DNA of 64,000 nucleotides, from NCBI GenBank assembly GCA_963791045.1, contig CAWBQK010000010.1:35824-99823 (forward strand), read 5' to 3'. This DNA is from Candidatus Latescibacterota bacterium. GTDB lineage: Bacteria > Krumholzibacteriota > Krumholzibacteriia > WVZY01. Positions 32,495 to 43,371 of the stretch are shown here, in pieces (within the stretch, counting starts at the first letter, position 1; every line of letters starts with the position of its first letter). A program made the translations under genes and the position numbers. Under the pieces are notes generated by a model. The model ran no database searches, had not been told where the DNA came from, and saw only the letters and a program-made list of their open reading frames with translations.

Positions 32495-35400
32495 CTACTT
32501 CAGAAGAACCATCTTCTTCGTCTGTGTGAAGTTCTTCGTCATCAGTTTGTAGAAATACACACCACTCGAGACAGGCTGGCCCTGGTCGTTCATACCGTTC
32601 CAGTCTTTGGTGAAACCGGCTTCGGCCGGGGCGACTGCATCTCGTCGACGAGGTCCGTACCAGCTGTCCGGCAACGTTGTAAACCTTGAGCGACACATGA
32701 CCACGCTCTTTAATGGTGTACTTGATCGTCGTTGTCGGGTTGAACGGGTTCGGATACGCATTGTCGAGTTTGTTCTCGAACGCGATCGGATCGATGCCGA
32801 TTGGATCCGTCGAACGATGTTCTGGAAGAAAATAATGATGTCATGCATATGCGTCACGCGATCAGGGGCGCCACCGCAGGATCCGTCGTCGCGGATAAAG
32901 TTGAGCCAAACCCGCTGAGCACGCACACGCGCGTTGGTGCCTGCAGGGTTCACCGTCGGCCTGGGCCATCACAGCGCCATTCGGGCCGTCCTGGGCACCG
33001 TAGGAGCTATCGCATGAAACAGGCCGGGCCACCCGGTGGCGCATGACATCAAAGTCATTGATAACCGCACAGCCACCATAGGCGAACATGGTCGGCAGGA
33101 CCGATCGGCGTACCCGTGTTCTGGTAAACCAGAGGCGAAACCGGCAGGTTCGTCACCGGACCAGCGTGGTTGCCAGTCGTCAGGACGTACGACATGTACG
33201 TACCCTTGAAGGCTACCGCATCCGGATGCGCCAGGGTGGCCCACTCTTCGGCAAGGTCGTCACCGGCAAAGTAGATACCCGGGTTGTTCGGATGGAAGTC
33301 CATGAAGAACTTCAACGCGGTCCAGTCAAGCGACTTGTCGGGGCCACTACCACCGTTGGGCGGGCTTCCGTCGCAGACGAGGCCGGCAGCTCAGGTCACT
33401 CGAGTTCCAGAGAATCTTCTGATACCGCTCGACGAGCACTGATACCTTTGATAGCTCTTCACTCGGGAGGCCAGACTGTTCCCCACCTGTGAGGACGGTC
33501 CGATCACGTCGAAACGATCGACGAGGTCGAGGATCCCCATGGAGTCAAACGCCCAGTCGAAGTACAGCTGAGCAGGGCCGCCACGATCGTCGGCATCATC
33601 CACGAAGAGGATGTCACTGTCGGAGACTTCCGCATCCGGCAGAACCGACCACTCACACGCCGCGTTGTATCGCGGTGGCGAGGCTGGTGGTCGGGTCGGC
33701 GGCACCCTGGCCTTCCATCGTGTAGAGCGGATGGCCATTGTCAAGATAGCTCCACTGACCCAGTGCGTTCACGGCCCCGAGGAAGTAACGGATCACATGA
33801 CCCGGCACGAAGGCACCGGTGTTGCCCGCAATTTCTTCGTATGTTATAGTGAGGACCGGTGGCGCCGAAGCTACATCCATGAGGTCGGCACAGTAGCGAT
33901 CGCTCACCGGCCGCCACCCGAGGATGTAAAGATCGCGTCACACCGGAAGTGATTCCAGCCAGCAGGCAGTCCAGCGGGAGCGGAGGCGTTGCCAGCCGAA
34001 CCACAATACGGATGACGCTTGGTGGCGCTAACGTCGCCAACATAGCGCATGAAGTCCGGGGACTCCATCGCCGCACCGGCTTCCACCCATGTCGTTGCCA
34101 TAGCGATCGACCACTTTAGCGAACACATAAACCGCGGGCCCACGGCAAACTGGGGTATCAACACCCAGTCCGCCCGGATCGGTTACTTCAAAAGCAATCG
34201 AGTCACCAGGAAGGATCGCCGGGTTGGCCGCCGGCAGCACGTCCTGTGCCATGTCGCAACGGGCAAATCCAGTGATGGTCACTCGCCATCTTCGGGGAAG
34301 TTGTCATGGAACAGATCAATATGACGAACATTCCACTGCGGTCCCAATGTGAATCAACACGAACAAGTCTGACCTGGTCGATCACCGGTGCATGGCTGTG
34401 ACAGGCGCCTGTCCCATACACACCGCACCAGAAGGTACACATGTCCACGGCACCGATCGATGCCTGAACATCAGTCGCGGTACCCGGAACAAGACTTCCA
34501 ACTTCCCACGCCGTGCGGATCCAGTCCTTCTGCCCACCGTAGTAGACAAAGTTGAAGTTATCCCACGTCGTCGGGCAACCCGCTGCGTCCTGCGTACGAA
34601 TGCTCCAGATGTAGAACTGGAGGTTATCGAGCGGCAGGTCACGGTAGGTAAGAAGCGACAGACGATACTGGCTACCAGCTCCGGCGTTCGCCACAAATGG
34701 CGACCAGATCTCGTTGTTCATGTACAGCCCACTGGCATCCGGGCCATACGGCATCGCGCCCTGTGTCGGCCAGCCGCCACAGGCGTAATTTGTAACCGAG
34801 AGGAACGTCAAAAAACGCCCACATGGTCGACAACGGCCGCAGACAGGGATCTTCCTGAACGACAGTCGCCGCGGAAACCAGATGTCCATAGAGGCCGTAA
34901 CGGCGTGGCCGGCTCGGACTGCCAGAAACCATCCTGGGAATTCAACAGCGTAACAGGCTTCCCCTTCAAAGTCCTCGTAAATGTCGGGCCGGCGCCATAG
35001 GTTGTCGTGATGTCGTCAACTTTGAACGCGCCTTCTGTCGTCGGCCAAAGGCCGTCTTCATTACTCCAGGCTCCATCCGACTGGAAGTGGAAGCGGAGCT
35101 GCTGTTGGTTCGATCCTGTGAACGATGTGGGTCTCTGACAGGTCCACCGGTGCCATCATAGAAGCCTACACCACCGTTGACCGGAAGCGAGACCCACTCC
35201 GTCGACTATGTCCCAGTAATCCACATAGGTGAAGTCATAACCCGGCTCGGAATCCCAGATACACGTATACGTGATCGAGGGCATGAGAACCGGTTGATCA
35301 GCTGCGCCCAGTTATTACCATAGCCTGGCAGCGTCCCCCAACCGCAGTACGGTACCGCGGAGGTACGCCCAGCTCGCCACACCACATCGACTGGGACCGT

Positions 35401-35719
35401 TGACAGCGCTATGCCGCTACATCCCGGACCATCAACATGGAAGTAAGCCGATCTGGGCGGTCATATCGGTTGCGGTCCAACCCTGAAATCAGGTGCGCCG
35501 ACGCCGCTGTCAAACTGCCACCAACCCAACACGGTGGTTCCGGCAGCGGCGGCCTGGAACATTGATCCACCGATTTCCGAAGGGTTCGAAACCGCTTGCG
35601 GAAGCTCGGTGAAATTATAATCAGCATATTTACCCTGCGTGTCCTTCGCGAACGAAGCCGCCGAAAGGAGGCTAACCGCGAAAACGGTACACAAAAGTTA
35701 CTAGAAACGCTTTCCTCAT
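32495..35719 (-). pseudogene. ~1070-codon secreted Cys-rich protein with FlgD-Ig/T9SS-like C-terminus, broken by many frameshifts (probably sequencing error rather than true decay)
   Basis: Coherent pieces in shifting frames: MRKAFLV/LLCTVFAVSLLSAASFA signal peptide, IWDSEPGYDFTYVD, LRFHFQSDGAWSNEDGLWP, ILFVDDADDRGG, AYPNPFNPTTTIKY, VSLKVYNVAGQLVRT, WNGMNDQGQPVSSGVYFYKL...KKMVLLK. Confidence 0.75.
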
Positions 35720-36065
35720 CGTATCATTCCCCCATCGTTGCTGAGAAGGATTTGAATACGCGAAAACCAAAGCCAATTTATAACTTCCTCAGGCTGCAGG
35801 AAGTAAGCTGGACAAGAGGCAAAGTGCTACGAACGCTTCCTGAATAGTGTTCGTCAACACGTCCTGAAACTACGGGGTCACCTCCTCGTCTCGGCGTCTC
35901 AGGATAAGCCCAGTGGTAACCGTCGGGTTTACACTAACTTTGTCGAGTAAAAGGCACACACCAACGGTGGTCGGCTAGTTGTGCACGCAATTGAGCATGC
36001 GGATCCAACTATCAGGAGGATTTGCGGCCGGTGCCGCAAACCATAACCCTTTGCCCCTAGGCCAG
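35720..36065 (-). promoter_or_regulatory. Long (~345 nt) structured 5' leader
   Basis: Lies between the promoter at 36071-36100 and ATG 35719; stem-loops at 36021-36040, 35862-35904 and 35783-35804. Confidence 0.45.
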
Positions 36066-36070
36066 CGCAA

Positions 36071-36100
36071 ATTGTACCATAGAAATGGGGTAAATGTCAA
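36071..36100 (-). promoter_or_regulatory. Strong sigma70-type promoter
   Basis: TTGACA-18 nt-TACAAT with TGn extended -10. Confidence 0.75.
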
Positions 36101-36130
36101 GGTGTGAAAACGGTTCCCGGCGGTCTATAG

Positions 36131-38304
36131 TTACTTGGAAGGGCTGGTCATTTCTTCAACAATGAAGGAAAAATCTGCATATCTCGAAAACAAGATAAAA
36201 ACCGCCGCCAGAAACGCGTGCCGGCTTTCCCGCAGCCGTTTGTCGTCGCAGTTGACGAGGACCTTGTCGAAATAGGCATCGATCGTCGGTCCCAACTCGG
36301 ATAACACCGCTAAAACAGAGGAGATATCATCCGCGGCGTCGAATTTGGCCATCCGCGGGACCACACGTCGGATTTCCTCGAAAAGGGCGGTCTCGGCGTC
36401 CTCCTCGAAGCGGTCTGCGTCGATCACGGCGCCGCCGGGGAGCGAACCGCCGCCCACCCAGGCGTTCTCGAGCGCGTCCCATTTGACGCCATAGGCCTTC
36501 ATATCCTTGCCCAAAATGTTCCCCACCCGCTTTGCGCCGGTTATCAATAGCTCGAAGGCTTTGTCGCCGCGGAGCTTCTGGACGGCCCTGGCCCTGTCGA
36601 GCGCGATTCCCGGGGTCGACCACGCAACGGCGCCCACGGCGCCCACCACATCATAGGCAATCCCGTTGTCCTTGAGGAACGTCTCCGTCCGAACCCGGAA
36701 AAAGTCGATCAGCTGGGCGAGAACTTCGTCGCGGGCCTTGTCCTTACCAAGCCCCAATTCCTCGTAGGCCTCGAGCGATTTCTCGACAAGCGGATAGATC
36801 GACACCGACGGCATGTTTCTCAAAATTCGGACCAGACCCGTCGCCTGGCGCCTGAGCGCGTAGGGGTCCTGGGAACCCGAGGGAATCAACCCCGCCAGGA
36901 AACACCCGGCGATAGTATCGACACGGTCGGAAATACTCAGTATCGCACCGAGACGCGTTTTGGGAAGGTCATCCCCGGGCGTCCGCGGCATATACTGCTC
37001 GCTGATCGCGGTCACGACATCGTTGTCCTGCCCCGCTTCCCTCGCGTAATGGCTTCCGATGAGGCCTTCGAGCTGAGTGAATTCCTTGCCGTCCTTCACC
37101 ATCTCGCTCGCAATATCGGCCTTGGCGAAACGCGACGCACGGCGAATCTGATCCTCGGCTACACGCTTGTCAGGCGGCGCCATATCGTTTATCGCGCGTC
37201 CAAGCGCCGTCACCCGTTCGGCCTTGTCGGACAATGTGCCCAACCCCTCGATAAACACGATCGACGAAAGTTTTTTCGAAAGCCCGTCGATCCCCGTCTT
37301 GAGATCCTCCTGCCAGTAGAAGAGAGCGTCTTCGAGCCGTGCCCGCAGCACCTTTTCGTTGCCCTCGCGGACGAGCGAGGGCGAGCCCGCCTTACGCTCG
37401 GTGAACGTGAGGAATTTCGGAACGAGCTTATTGGAGCCCGATCTGAATGCGAGGTAACGCTGGTGCGCTTTCATCGCCGTCGTCACCACTTCGGGCGGAA
37501 GCTTGAGGTACGCCTTATCGAAATCACCAACAAGCGGGTCAGGCGATTCGAGCATAAAGGTAAGTTCGTCGAGGAGCGAAGCGTCTTCGATGATCTCCAT
37601 ACCGAGCGTCTTCGCCGTCTTCGCCGCAAGCGCCTGGATCTTGTCGCGCCGCTCGGCATGATCGACAATAAGACCGGCGCCGGCGAGCGCGGCAAAGTAA
37701 TCGTCGGGACCGTTAACTTTGTACTTGTCGTTTCCCAGCCAGGGGATAAACCGCGTCACACTGCCCGTCTTTACGCCGGCGATCTCGAAACGGATCACTT
37801 TGCCGCCGTAGAGACAAACCATCCAGCGAATCGGGCGCGCGAACCGCGTCCCCGACGCTTCCCACTTCATGAGTTTCGGGAAACGCAACCCCGTGATCAA
37901 CCGGGGAGGAGTTCCTTGAGTATCCCCGCGGTCTTTTCTGATTTCAACTTCCTTGTAAACCCGACATATTCGCCGCGGTCGGTCTGAATGCGCTCCAGCT
38001 TGTCGACGGCCACTCCCTGCGAGCGGGAGAAACCGAGCGCCGTTTTTGTAGGCTCGCCGTTCTCATCGTACGCCTTGGATGTGGGCGGCCCGGTGACGAG
38101 TTCGGTCGAGCTTGTCTGCGATCCGGCAAGCCCGCGGACTACGAGAACGAGACGCCGCGGAGCGCCGGTGACATAGATGCTCTCGAACGGAAGCCGCAGT
38201 TCGTCAAGCTTCGCCCCGGTGTCTTTTCCAAGTTGTTCAAACGCCTGGCGGATCGACGCCGGCGGAAGGTTTTCACAACCGATTTCCAGAAGCAGGTCTT
38301 TCAT
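36131..38304 (-). CDS. glyS: Glycine--tRNA ligase beta subunit; 1-nt frameshift at ~37900 splits it into ORFs 37897..38304 and 36131..37900
   Basis: [12 protein letters not shown]...PRRL...GPP; [11 protein letters not shown]; [17 protein letters not shown]; EFTQLEG; [14 protein letters not shown]; directly follows glyQ. Confidence 0.95.
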
Positions 38305-39209
38305 GCGTTGTCGGCTCCTCGAAGCAATGGGAATCCCAGCGCTTCTCGCTTTTCGATGTAGTTGATAGCTATTTTTCTGGCAAGCCCGCGGATGCGCCCT
38401 ATGTAACCGGTTCTCTCCGTAACGCTGATCGCTCCGCGCGCATCGAGCACGTTGAAGATGTGCGATAGTTTTATCACGTAGTCGTACGCGGGAAGAACCA
38501 GGCCCGCATCGAGCATTGCCGCCGCCTCTTTCTCGTAGTCCTGGTACAAGCGGAAATAGAGCTCGGTGTTCGCCGCTTCGAAATGGAACGCCGAAAACTC
38601 CTGTTCCGCCTGGAGGTTGATTTCACCCCAGCTCACACCGTGGCCCCACTCGATATCCATCACCGAGTCGACCTTCTGCAGGTAGAGACAGATGCGGAGT
38701 AGACCGTAGGTGATCTCCGCCGAAATCGGGTCGAGTTCGAGCGAACCGGCCTGCTGAAAATAAGTGAATTGCGTGATCTCCATCCCGTCGAGCCACACTT
38801 CCCAGCCGAGGCCGGACGCGCCGAGTGTCGGCGCTTCCCAGTCGTCCTCGACGAGACGAATGTCGTGTTGTTTGGAATCGATCCCGATGTGTTCGAGGCT
38901 CTTGATGTACAAATCAATGATGTCCGCGGGAGGCGGTTTGAGAATTACCTGGTACTGCAAGAACTGTTGAACGCGGTTCGGATTGTCTCCGTAGCGGCCG
39001 TCCTTGGGCCGCTTCGACGGCTCGACGTACGCGGTTCGCCACGGTTCCGGCCCGAGCACGCGCAAAAACGTCTGCGGGTTGAGCGTGCCGGCGCCCACCT
39101 CGGAGTTGTAGGGCTGGAGCGTCACGCACCCTTGCTTCATCCAGAATTCCTGGAGCTTGTGGATAATCTCCTGATAAGTCGGTACTTTTTTGGTTTTTTT
39201 TGAAGCCAA
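38301..39209 (-). CDS. glyQ: Glycine--tRNA ligase alpha subunit
   Basis: [59 protein letters not shown]; start uncertain (39209 or 39254). Confidence 0.98.
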   Translation of the reverse strand: MASKKTKKVPTYQEIIHKLQEFWMKQGCVTLQPYNSEVGAGTLNPQTFLRVLGPEPWRTAYVEPSKRPKDGRYGDNPNRVQQFLQYQVILKPPPADIIDLYIKSLEHIGIDSKQHDIRLVEDDWEAPTLGASGLGWEVWLDGMEITQFTYFQQAGSLELDPISAEITYGLLRICLYLQKVDSVMDIEWGHGVSWGEINLQAEQEFSAFHFEAANTELYFRLYQDYEKEAAAMLDAGLVLPAYDYVIKLSHIFNVLDARGAISVTERTGYIGRIRGLARKIAINYIEKREALGFPLLRGADNA

Positions 39210-39276
39210 CGGAAGCGCCACTCCTTTTAGATGTCGGACGGTCGGCTCTTGCAACCGCCGTTCGTCCCTTTTCCTT

Positions 39277-40017
39277 TTATTCTCTTGGAATCAGCTTGAG
39301 CGATTCGGGCAGGCGATAATTATTTACGTGGAAAGTATACGTCCAATGGATGACGGCGCCCAAGCCTTTTCTTGTGTCGGGCGACACGATCGAACCCGCG
39401 GCCGCGGCGAGCGGGTCGTCGTCGAGCGATTCGACGAGTGAAATCAACTCCCCCGTAAGTTTGATCCGCTGCGGCTCCGGCTGCGTGTGGGCGGGGCAGG
39501 CGCAAAGACCTTCATCGGGATGGTAGAACCCGCCGTCGAGCTTTGCCCCGCAAGCGGCGCAACCGCCAAAATCCGGTGACGCGCCGAGCACGGTGAGGAG
39601 CTTCCACTCGAAGGCGAGAAAAAAGAAAACCGGGTCGATGACGTCGGAGGTTTCCAGGTACTCGAAGACAAGATCGACGATACGGGATTCGGGGCTCTCC
39701 CAAAAACACACCCGGTCGAGAAGTTCGAGAACTGCGAGCGCCGTCGCCATGCGCGAGAGCGATTCGCGGCCCGACTCGAGAAGCGACCGCACGTTGACCT
39801 CTTTTAGAAAATAGAGGGTCCGGCCTTCCCTTCGGTAGTAGACCACTTCGAGGCGTCCGCCCGTTTCGAGCGCCCCTCTGAAGGGGCTCTTCGGCCCCAT
39901 CGCCCCTTTGGCGAGAAGCCGGACCTTGCCCGACTCGCGGCCGAGAAACGTGACGAAACGGCTCGTTTCACCCGAGCGTGTGGTCTTGAGAACGACACCT
40001 TCGTCTTTTTGCAGCAT
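39277..40017 (-). CDS. recO: DNA repair protein RecO
   Basis: EGVVLK...[24 protein letters not shown]; CxxCG...CxxH Zn motif; upstream of glyQ. Confidence 0.93.
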   Translation of the reverse strand: MLQKDEGVVLKTTRSGETSRFVTFLGRESGKVRLLAKGAMGPKSPFRGALETGGRLEVVYYRREGRTLYFLKEVNVRSLLESGRESLSRMATALAVLELLDRVCFWESPESRIVDLVFEYLETSDVIDPVFFFLAFEWKLLTVLGASPDFGGCAACGAKLDGGFYHPDEGLCACPAHTQPEPQRIKLTGELISLVESLDDDPLAAAAGSIVSPDTRKGLGAVIHWTYTFHVNNYRLPESLKLIPRE

Positions 40018-40026
40018 GTGATTCTG

Positions 40027-41382
40027 TTAAGCGCCGAGGAACGCCACGTAGAAGGTGGCAAACGTCATGTAAATGATAAGACCGATGATGTCCGAGGTCA
40101 CCGTTATGAACGGGCCGGTGGCGATCGCAGGGTCGATCTTCACCCGGTTCATGACCAGGGGGATGAACGCCCCGAGAAAAGCGGAGACGACCGTGACGGA
40201 GAGAAGGGTACAGACAAGAAGAATTCCAAGACTCACGTCCCGCTGCCAGAAGAAAACGATTCCAAAAAGAAGAACGCCCAGAACGGCGCCATTAAGGACC
40301 GTCACCTGCATCTCGCGAAACACACGGCGCCAGATGGACGCGGTTGAGACCTGTCCGAGCGCGATCTCGCGAACGACGACCACCGCCGCCTGGATGCCAG
40401 TACTCCCCGCGGTACCGATGACAAGAGGAATGAAGAACGCCAGCGTGACCAGCGTCTCCAGCGACACGGCGTAGTGACTCATGATGACGGCATTCAACAC
40501 CTGGCCGAGCATCGCGATGGCAAGCCACGGGAGCCGCGCCCTCGAAATCTTGAGCGGCGACGTTTCGCCGATTTCTTCCTCGACCGTACCGACGATCCTG
40601 GCGATATCCTCCGATGCCTCTTCTTCGACAACGTCGAGAATGTCGTCCGCCGTGATCCGGCCGACGAGCTTGCCCTCAGCGTCAACCACGGGGAGCGTGA
40701 ACTCGTCGTACTTTCCAAAGAGGCTCGCGACCTCTTCCTGGTCCATTTCGACGGGGACGCTTATCACATGGTCGTCCATGATATCAGCCACGCGGGTGGC
40801 GTCATCGTGGAGGAGGAGATCGAGTACCGGCACGCTCCCGACGAGCCGGCCATCCGGCTCAACGACATACACGCTCTGGATATTCTCGATTTCATCGGCC
40901 AGCTGACGCACGAGCGCAATGGCGTCGCGCACCGTCGCGCCCACGCCCACCGCGATCTTCTCGATTTCCATGATACCACCCGCGGTATCCTCTTCGAATG
41001 TGAGAAGCTCGTGAATCATCTCGCGGTCTTCGACCGGGAGCAACGCGTCGACCTGTTTTGATTTTTCGGGCGGGAGGTTGGCGATGATATCCGCGGCATC
41101 GTCCGACGGCATCTCTCCGAGCAGAGACACCACTTCCGAATCGGTGAGCAATTCAAGAAGCGCCTGACCCGAGTGCTCGTCGATTGCGGTCAGGACCTCA
41201 GCCGCCGTCTCGGTGCCCAGCGCCTTGAGCACGCGCGCCTGCACCTCTTTGTCGAGCCCCTCGAGAATATCTGCGATATCCGCGGGGTGGTGCGGCTCGA
41301 GCAACTCGGCAAGCGCGATCATATCGCCGCGCTCAACGAGATCGCGGACCTGTTCGGTGGTTTCTTCGTGGATGTCGCTCAT
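40027..41382 (-). CDS. mgtE: Magnesium transporter MgtE
   Basis: HPADIAD, EDTAGGIM, CBS pair, RARLPWL, FFIPLVIGTAG, IDPAIATGPFITVTSDIIG. Confidence 0.97.
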   Translation of the reverse strand: MSDIHEETTEQVRDLVERGDMIALAELLEPHHPADIADILEGLDKEVQARVLKALGTETAAEVLTAIDEHSGQALLELLTDSEVVSLLGEMPSDDAADIIANLPPEKSKQVDALLPVEDREMIHELLTFEEDTAGGIMEIEKIAVGVGATVRDAIALVRQLADEIENIQSVYVVEPDGRLVGSVPVLDLLLHDDATRVADIMDDHVISVPVEMDQEEVASLFGKYDEFTLPVVDAEGKLVGRITADDILDVVEEEASEDIARIVGTVEEEIGETSPLKISRARLPWLAIAMLGQVLNAVIMSHYAVSLETLVTLAFFIPLVIGTAGSTGIQAAVVVVREIALGQVSTASIWRRVFREMQVTVLNGAVLGVLLFGIVFFWQRDVSLGILLVCTLLSVTVVSAFLGAFIPLVMNRVKIDPAIATGPFITVTSDIIGLIIYMTFATFYVAFLGA

Positions 41383-41438
41383 AACACAGGATCGTAGAAG
41401 ACGGGCGGGGATTATACAAGCGGTTTTGAGCGGGCCGG

Positions 41439-42050
41439 TCAACTTCCCGGCGGCGATTCACCCGTAAGGAGCGGCGGGGCGAAAGCGCCCCCCGAAATCA
41501 CGATTTTCATCGCCTCTTCGACATTGATCGGGAGCGGAAAGGTCTCGCGAATCGGAATCATCAGCATGAACCCCGACGTAGGGTTGGGCGTGGTGGGGAT
41601 AAACACGTTTATCAGCTCCTGCCCGACCTTCTCGCTCACGGGGCCGACCTTCTCGTTGGTGACAAACGCGATCGCGAATGAATCGTGGTGCGGGTACCTT
41701 ATCAAAACAACACGCTGAAACGCCGTCTTCTTGTCGGCGAGAAACACCTCGCTGAGTTCCTTGGAGGCCGAGTAGATGCGCCGGATGATGGGGAGCCTGC
41801 GGAGCATTCTTTCTCCCACGGCAATCACACGGCGCCCGATGAGATTGCTGGCGAGAAAACCGGTGATAAGGATAAGAAGGAGCACAACCACGAAACCGAT
41901 CCCCGGAACGTCGATCAGCGGGAATTTCCTCTGGAACGGTTCGATGATGTTGTCGATGGTGATAAAGATCTTGTAGACCAGCCAGCCGGTCACCACGGTG
42001 GGGGCCAGTACGAGCAGTCCCGTCAAAAAGTAGCGTCTCAACACCTTCAC
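41439..42050 (-). CDS. DUF502 domain membrane protein
   Basis: YFLTGLLVLAP...LPIIRRIYS...VFIPTTPNPTSGF...AMKIVISGG. Confidence 0.92.
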   Translation of the reverse strand: MKVLRRYFLTGLLVLAPTVVTGWLVYKIFITIDNIIEPFQRKFPLIDVPGIGFVVVLLLILITGFLASNLIGRRVIAVGERMLRRLPIIRRIYSASKELSEVFLADKKTAFQRVVLIRYPHHDSFAIAFVTNEKVGPVSEKVGQELINVFIPTTPNPTSGFMLMIPIRETFPLPINVEEAMKIVISGGAFAPPLLTGESPPGS

Positions 42051-42075
42051 TGTTGTGCTCCAGCGTCGGGGATTA

Positions 42076-43341
42076 TCAAGTGTTCGAATCCGGATTCCGC
42101 CGGAACGAACTTAACCCTTTGATCCGAACCTTGTCTATCCTTTGTCTCACAACCGATTCGATCCGAAACTCGAGTCCGCGCGTCTCGAAAACCTCACCGA
42201 CACGCGGAACCCTCCCGATGGCTTCGTAGAGAAAACCGCCGAGCGTATCCGCGTCTCCCTCTTCCAAATCTATGCCGGCCGTCTCGTCGAGTTCATCGAG
42301 ACGAATTCTCCCGCTGGACACGATTATATCCTCATCAACCACGAGGACGAGCGCCTCTTCGGAGTCGAATTCGTCTTGTATGTCGCCAACGAGTTCTTCG
42401 AGAACATCCTCGAGCGTCACCATTCCCGCCGTCCCTCCGTATTCGTCGACGGCGATGGCAATGTGGATCCGTTTCTTTCTGAACTCGGCGAGGAGGTCGT
42501 CGATCATTTTCGATTCGGGGACGAAGAACACCTCCCGCATGATATCGGAGAGCAAAAACTCCTCGTCATCGACAATTCTTTTGAGAACGTCCTTGGTGTG
42601 CACCACACCCACCATCCGGTCGATACTATCGTCGTATACCGGTATCCTCGAGTGACCGGCGTCGACGAGAAGGTTGAGCACTTCTTCGGGATTGGTGTGA
42701 ACGTTTACCGCCACCATGTCGATCCGCGGCACCATTACTTCCCTCACCTTGGTGTCGCCGAAGTCGAACACACTCGACACGAGCTGCTGTTCGTCGATTT
42801 CTTCGTCATTGTCTTTGTAGCCGTAGAGCTCGATCCTGCGTTTGAGCGGAAGGATGGGAAAAGACATCCCGTCGAGAAGACCGGGCGCCGTCCGCTTCAA
42901 AAGCGCCACGCCGGCAAAAACCACCGGTTTCAAGATGTAGATTACCGGATAGGTAATATACTTGGTTCGCTCGATAAATCCGTCCGGGTCGCGAAGCGAG
43001 ATAAGTTTCGCGGCGAGAAGCGGCACGAAAAGCGAGAGAAAAACGACAAGAAAAAGGCCGGGGGCGAACAGGTTTCCCTCGAGGAGATATACCGACGCCA
43101 ACCGGCATGCGAAGAATACCAGAAGCGTTAGCGCCAGGATACGGCCAAGCCCGAGCGAGAGATAGTGATTTACCGGTTGACCGAGGAGATGATCGATAAA
43201 CCGCGGCTTGTCACCGTTCTCTTCGCCGTTCTTTTCGGTATAGCGCCAGGAGAGGATTTCTACGGCGGAGTAGGTCCCGGAGAGAATCCCGAAGACCAGA
43301 CCCGAAAGTGCAAGGAGTACCAACTCGATTTCTGAACCCAT
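42076..43341 (-). CDS. Hemolysin/CorC (CNNM-like) membrane protein with CBS and CorC_HlyC domains
   Basis: VREVMVPRIDM, GHSRIPVY, VPESK, VDEYGGTAGMVTLEDVLEELVGDIQDEFD. Confidence 0.95.
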   Translation of the reverse strand: MGSEIELVLLALSGLVFGILSGTYSAVEILSWRYTEKNGEENGDKPRFIDHLLGQPVNHYLSLGLGRILALTLLVFFACRLASVYLLEGNLFAPGLFLVVFLSLFVPLLAAKLISLRDPDGFIERTKYITYPVIYILKPVVFAGVALLKRTAPGLLDGMSFPILPLKRRIELYGYKDNDEEIDEQQLVSSVFDFGDTKVREVMVPRIDMVAVNVHTNPEEVLNLLVDAGHSRIPVYDDSIDRMVGVVHTKDVLKRIVDDEEFLLSDIMREVFFVPESKMIDDLLAEFRKKRIHIAIAVDEYGGTAGMVTLEDVLEELVGDIQDEFDSEEALVLVVDEDIIVSSGRIRLDELDETAGIDLEEGDADTLGGFLYEAIGRVPRVGEVFETRGLEFRIESVVRQRIDKVRIKGLSSFRRNPDSNT

Positions 43342-43371
43342 CTATAAGTGGAACAACCCGAGGGCACGGGG

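Noticed and set aside
32495-35719. Recoding (selenocysteine or stop readthrough), programmed frameshifting, or a DGR target as the cause of the fragmentation
   Set aside because: The breaks are frame changes at scattered non-slippery sites rather than in-frame stops. I saw no reverse transcriptase or template/variable repeat pair in the window.
36010-36060. c-di-GMP-I riboswitch call
   Set aside because: Only short strings match, and the GNRA tetraloop/receptor architecture is not evident. Kept only as an unclassified structured leader.
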